Shown: positions 54,840-57,488 of the stretch, in pieces
How positions within the stretch are numbered: position 1 is the stretch's first letter
Layout of the letters: every line of letters begins with the position of its first letter
IMG/VR virus record: IMGVR_UViG_3300049170_000057
Coordinates: 1-57,488 of that record
DNA from: a virus
Taxonomy: Duplodnaviria; Caudoviricetes
Length of the DNA stretch: 57,488 nucleotides
Reading direction: 5' to 3' (one strand)
Program-made: the position numbers and the translations under genes
The notes under the pieces: generated by a model
What the model saw: the letters and a program-made list of their open reading frames with translations, nothing else
The model's database searches: none
What the model was told of the DNA's origin: nothing

Positions 54840-55255
54840 AAAAATTACTATTTCTATTGCTGATACCATTTGTATTCGCTTGTTCGAAAGATGACGAGAC
54901 AGTCGAGAAAGAAACAAAAGTCCGGATAAGCTCGTATCGTATGTCTGGTACCGACAGCGTTCCGCATACAGCGGATATTTATATTTTTAAAGGACAGGTA
55001 CAATTCTCAGATGGCATTGATCTTCTTGAAAAAGCATTGTCATCATATGAAATGAAGAACGGATTTACCTCCGCAGAGTTCAACCTTGAACCCGGCACTT
55101 ATACAGTAGCAATACAATTGCCATTGTCAATAGATTATGGACCGGGTACATGCAGTTATAAGACCTTCGAAATACAAGAGGGTGAATCATTGATACTAAA
55201 AAAGACCTTCAAGCAATACAGTGGCAGTTACACATTAGAACCTTGGAATAAGTAA
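54836..55255 (+). CDS. Lipoprotein
   Basis: Lipobox VFAC followed by SKDDE. Confidence 0.8.
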   Translation: MKKLLFLLLIPFVFACSKDDETVEKETKVRISSYRMSGTDSVPHTADIYIFKGQVQFSDGIDLLEKALSSYEMKNGFTSAEFNLEPGTYTVAIQLPLSIDYGPGTCSYKTFEIQEGESLILKKTFKQYSGSYTLEPWNK

Positions 55256-55291
55256 TCCTTCGCACAATACATTACATTAACAAATTATCCC

Positions 55292-55690
55292 ATGCCCAGA
55301 AAAACTAACCCCTACACTCCAGATAAGGAGCCTACGAAAAACGACTTAGCCGTAATTAGTCAACGCCTTACCTATTTCCGGACAGAATATATTGGAGGTC
55401 AAAAGGCTGTTGTGGATGATGGTATCGTGTCAATGAGAACACTGAGCCGCATTGAGAATGGCGAACAGTATCCCAGTCAGAAGTATCTTACTTACTTGTC
55501 AACGTCTCATAAAATGAGTATCGAATGGGCGCTCAGCGGCAAGGGGTCAGAGATAAGTAGCCTTTCAAACAAGAAAGACACTCTTGAATCTCTTCCTGCT
55601 AAGGTGGCACTTTTAGAGCGTGAAGTAACTGACTTAAAGGCAACCCTGAAAGAGATACTTGCGAAGCTTAAAGAAGTGGAATCTGATTAA
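55292..55690 (+). CDS. XRE-family HTH protein with C-terminal coiled coil
   Basis: RL..FR...S..TLSRIENG...PS...S.EW.L.G.G. Confidence 0.85.
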   Translation: MPRKTNPYTPDKEPTKNDLAVISQRLTYFRTEYIGGQKAVVDDGIVSMRTLSRIENGEQYPSQKYLTYLSTSHKMSIEWALSGKGSEISSLSNKKDTLESLPAKVALLEREVTDLKATLKEILAKLKEVESD

Positions 55691-56947
55691 TTATGGTTCT
55701 TCTGCCTTGAGTAGACCTATTACCCCAGCCTGAACATCATCGATGATACCCCAGTTAGGTGAAATATACTTATCGGTAGTTCGCCTGGTTTGATCAATGT
55801 GATTCATTGCCAGACCCACATCATCCTTACTGAACCTGCATAAATTACGGGCCGAATCGCCAAAAGTGTGACGAGCATAGTAAAACGTAAGATTCGGTAT
55901 ACGAAGCATCTCAGCGACTTCCTTCAAGCCCTTATTCACAGCCGTATTTAAACTGTCTGAGCAGGCGTATCTATTCTTTAGGGTGCCAAGATGCTTTGCG
56001 ATCAATGGAATCGCTTCTGGAACGGCTTTAATGCTTATGAACGCCCTGTCCCTTCTACGAGCTGCTGTCTTCGACCTGCAATACTCTACCCTTCCCTGCT
56101 TGACACGATCAAAAAGGTAAAAGTCCTTGGCATTCATACCGCATAGATAGAATGAAAGCATAAACAGATCCCGACCGAGCTCAGCACGGGTATCTGGCTG
56201 CACATTGCAATCTCTTATGGCTCTGATCTGGGCGATAGTGAGGTTTCTCTTCTTTGGTTCTGGCGCCTCCTCCACCTTGTATTTCCGGAATGGATTATGA
56301 GGTATCCTATAAAGACCCATATCTTCATCATTAAATCGATCCCGGGCCTCATAGAACATCAGCCGAAGATCTCGCATGTAATTATGCACTCCGGAAGTCA
56401 TTCCAGGCTTAACAGTTTTAACGGTGTTGCCAAACTGATTTTTACGCAGGAGCGTCCGCTTGCTCCTCAAGTATTTCTCATACTCTCTAAGCCTGTTAGC
56501 TGTTACCTGTGATGCCAGGATCACATCTGAGTTAAAGAAATCAGAAATGCTGTTAAGAACAGTTTGCATATTGTCAGCACTGCTATTCCGGTCGGCCTCG
56601 CGGAGCTCCTGAATATACTCGGCACAGAAGGCTGCAAAATCCACATCTTTCATTTGGGGCTTCTCTTCACTATCCTTGAGTTTAGTAGTAATTTCCTTTA
56701 CCGTCATAAACTCAATAGCGAGCCCCATCTCACTAATTATTTTACGGTACTTAGCCAGAGTCGGATTAATGAGATCAATAATGAATGTATCCTTAATCTT
56801 GAAGTCCCTCGTTAGTTGTTTTGCAATCACGAAATGAGATGTAGATATGTAGCCAGGCTTCCCTTTGTGGGTGACCCGGATCTTCACATTCCAGGTACCG
56901 TCATCTTTTTTTTCGTTTTTAATAATTACACCTTTAACAGTAGCCAT
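55691..56947 (-). CDS. int: Tyrosine integrase (Bacteroidota type, SAM-like middle domain)
   Basis: SFYLCGMN..D, YYARHTF, MNH, T..Y; adjacent to the att site. Confidence 0.93.
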   Translation of the reverse strand: MATVKGVIIKNEKKDDGTWNVKIRVTHKGKPGYISTSHFVIAKQLTRDFKIKDTFIIDLINPTLAKYRKIISEMGLAIEFMTVKEITTKLKDSEEKPQMKDVDFAAFCAEYIQELREADRNSSADNMQTVLNSISDFFNSDVILASQVTANRLREYEKYLRSKRTLLRKNQFGNTVKTVKPGMTSGVHNYMRDLRLMFYEARDRFNDEDMGLYRIPHNPFRKYKVEEAPEPKKRNLTIAQIRAIRDCNVQPDTRAELGRDLFMLSFYLCGMNAKDFYLFDRVKQGRVEYCRSKTAARRRDRAFISIKAVPEAIPLIAKHLGTLKNRYACSDSLNTAVNKGLKEVAEMLRIPNLTFYYARHTFGDSARNLCRFSKDDVGLAMNHIDQTRRTTDKYISPNWGIIDDVQAGVIGLLKAEEP

Positions 56948-56969
56948 CTTTTTTTCTGCACAAAAATTA

Positions 56970-57001
56970 TATCCTTAAATAATTCTTAAACTATTCTTAA
57001 A
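56970..57001. promoter_or_regulatory. Putative integrase arm-type sites (3 x WATYCTTAAA)
   Basis: 11-bp periodic direct repeats matching 111-131. Confidence 0.65.
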
Positions 57002-57018
57002 TATTTCATACAAAGATA

Positions 57019-57035
57019 TGCTAATTTTATTAGCA
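57019..57035. promoter_or_regulatory. TGCTAA-N5-TTAGCA palindrome abutting the integrase promoter (TATCTTTG 57011-57018, minus strand)
   Basis: Same half-sites as 15034-15050. Confidence 0.65.
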
Positions 57036-57108
57036 AACTAAACGCTAAAAAAAGTAGCTTACTTATCGAGTAAGATGAGAATGAAGGAAAATCGGCGCCA
57101 GAGGGCAT

Positions 57109-57140
57109 AAAAAAAGCCCTCAACGTTTTGTTAAGGGCTT
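57109..57140 (-). terminator. Terminator downstream of tRNA-His (phage-supplied)
   Basis: AAGCCCT..AGGGCTT stem with a T-run on the minus strand. Confidence 0.75.
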
Positions 57141-57145
57141 ATCTT

Positions 57146-57199
57146 TAAAACGGGTGGAATATGGGGCTCGAACCCACGACCTCCTGAACCACAATCAGG
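57146..57199. repeat. att site copy overlapping the intact tRNA-His
   Basis: Identical to 1-54. Confidence 0.95.
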
Positions 57200-57227
57200 C
57201 GCTCTAACCGACTGAGCTAAAACCACC
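57153..57227 (-). tRNA. tRNA-His (GTG)
   Basis: GGTGGTTTTAGCTCAGTCGGTTAGAGCG-CCTGA-TTGTGGT-TCAGG-AGGTC-GTGGGTTCGAGCCCCAT...CCACC. Confidence 0.93.
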
Positions 57228-57396
57228 GTGCTTTATTATGCTGCAAAAATAACTCAAAAATTACATTATGCAAATTTTAAATTTACTATTTCATTAACTC
57301 CCTAATTCTGAACACAATTGTTTTTATGCACCTTCTCCTCCCCTACTATTCTCCTTTATCTTGCTATTTTTGCCAGCTCTAAAACCCCGCTGCAAA

Positions 57397-57488
57397 ATGA
57401 TCGAGATCTTTACTGATGGTGCTTCAAGTGGTAACCCTGGTCCGGGAGGATACGGTGTGGTGTTAAGGTCGGGCCCCCACTACAAGGA
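57397..57488 (+). CDS. rnhA: Ribonuclease HI (host gene, 5' part only)
   Basis: [23 protein letters not shown]. Confidence 0.9.
   Translation, partial: MIEIFTDGASSGNPGPGGYGVVLRSGPHYK

Larger units (their letters stand above)
1..57199. mobile_element. Integrated temperate prophage (siphovirus-like), apparently complete, inserted in tRNA-His
   Basis: Terminal 54-bp direct repeat matching the tRNA 3' half; integrase, repressor, replication, head, tail and lysis modules all present. Confidence 0.95.

Noticed and set aside
56120-56160. Integrase inactive because the first catalytic Arg reads CGMN
   Set aside because: From recall, this variant is common in Bacteroidota tyrosine integrases; the other motifs are intact
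868-56815. Many 60-160 aa ORFs antisense to or nested in phage genes (e.g. 1124, 2690, 11900, 33996, 35305, 41338, 53444)
   Set aside because: They are shadow ORFs overlapping better-supported genes and show no recognisable motifs

Overview
The window is almost entirely one apparently complete ~57.1 kb temperate siphovirus-type prophage of a Bacteroidota host (TAnnTTTG promoters, Bacteroidota-type lipoproteins and integrase; Sphingobacteriaceae-like is a guess). It is integrated into the 3' half of tRNA-His and bounded by a 54-bp direct repeat (1-54 / 57146-57199). From the right end it carries the integrase, the cI region, RecET/SSB/helicase/primase replication genes with an iteron-rich origin, terminase-portal-capsid-neck-tail genes, tape measure and tail tip genes, and lysis genes. 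Unusual points: (i) the tail operon is split by a ~12 kb accessory block between the tail chaperone and the tape measure gene; (ii) that block holds a ~0.9 kb highly structured region with no convincing ORF and three tRNA-like elements that keep the acceptor, D and T arms but carry unrelated 56-101 nt inserts where the anticodon/variable arms should be, each directly preceded by a GRAAGA-loop hairpin (best candidate for a new system); (iii) the first gene of the block mimics the tape measure N-terminus; (iv) several morons (HEPN gene pair, DUF4238, three lipoproteins, SRAP cassette with an SOS-like box) and an AcrIIA9/PcfK homologue with an in-frame stop. All calls come from reading the sequence and from recalled family motifs; no searches were run.
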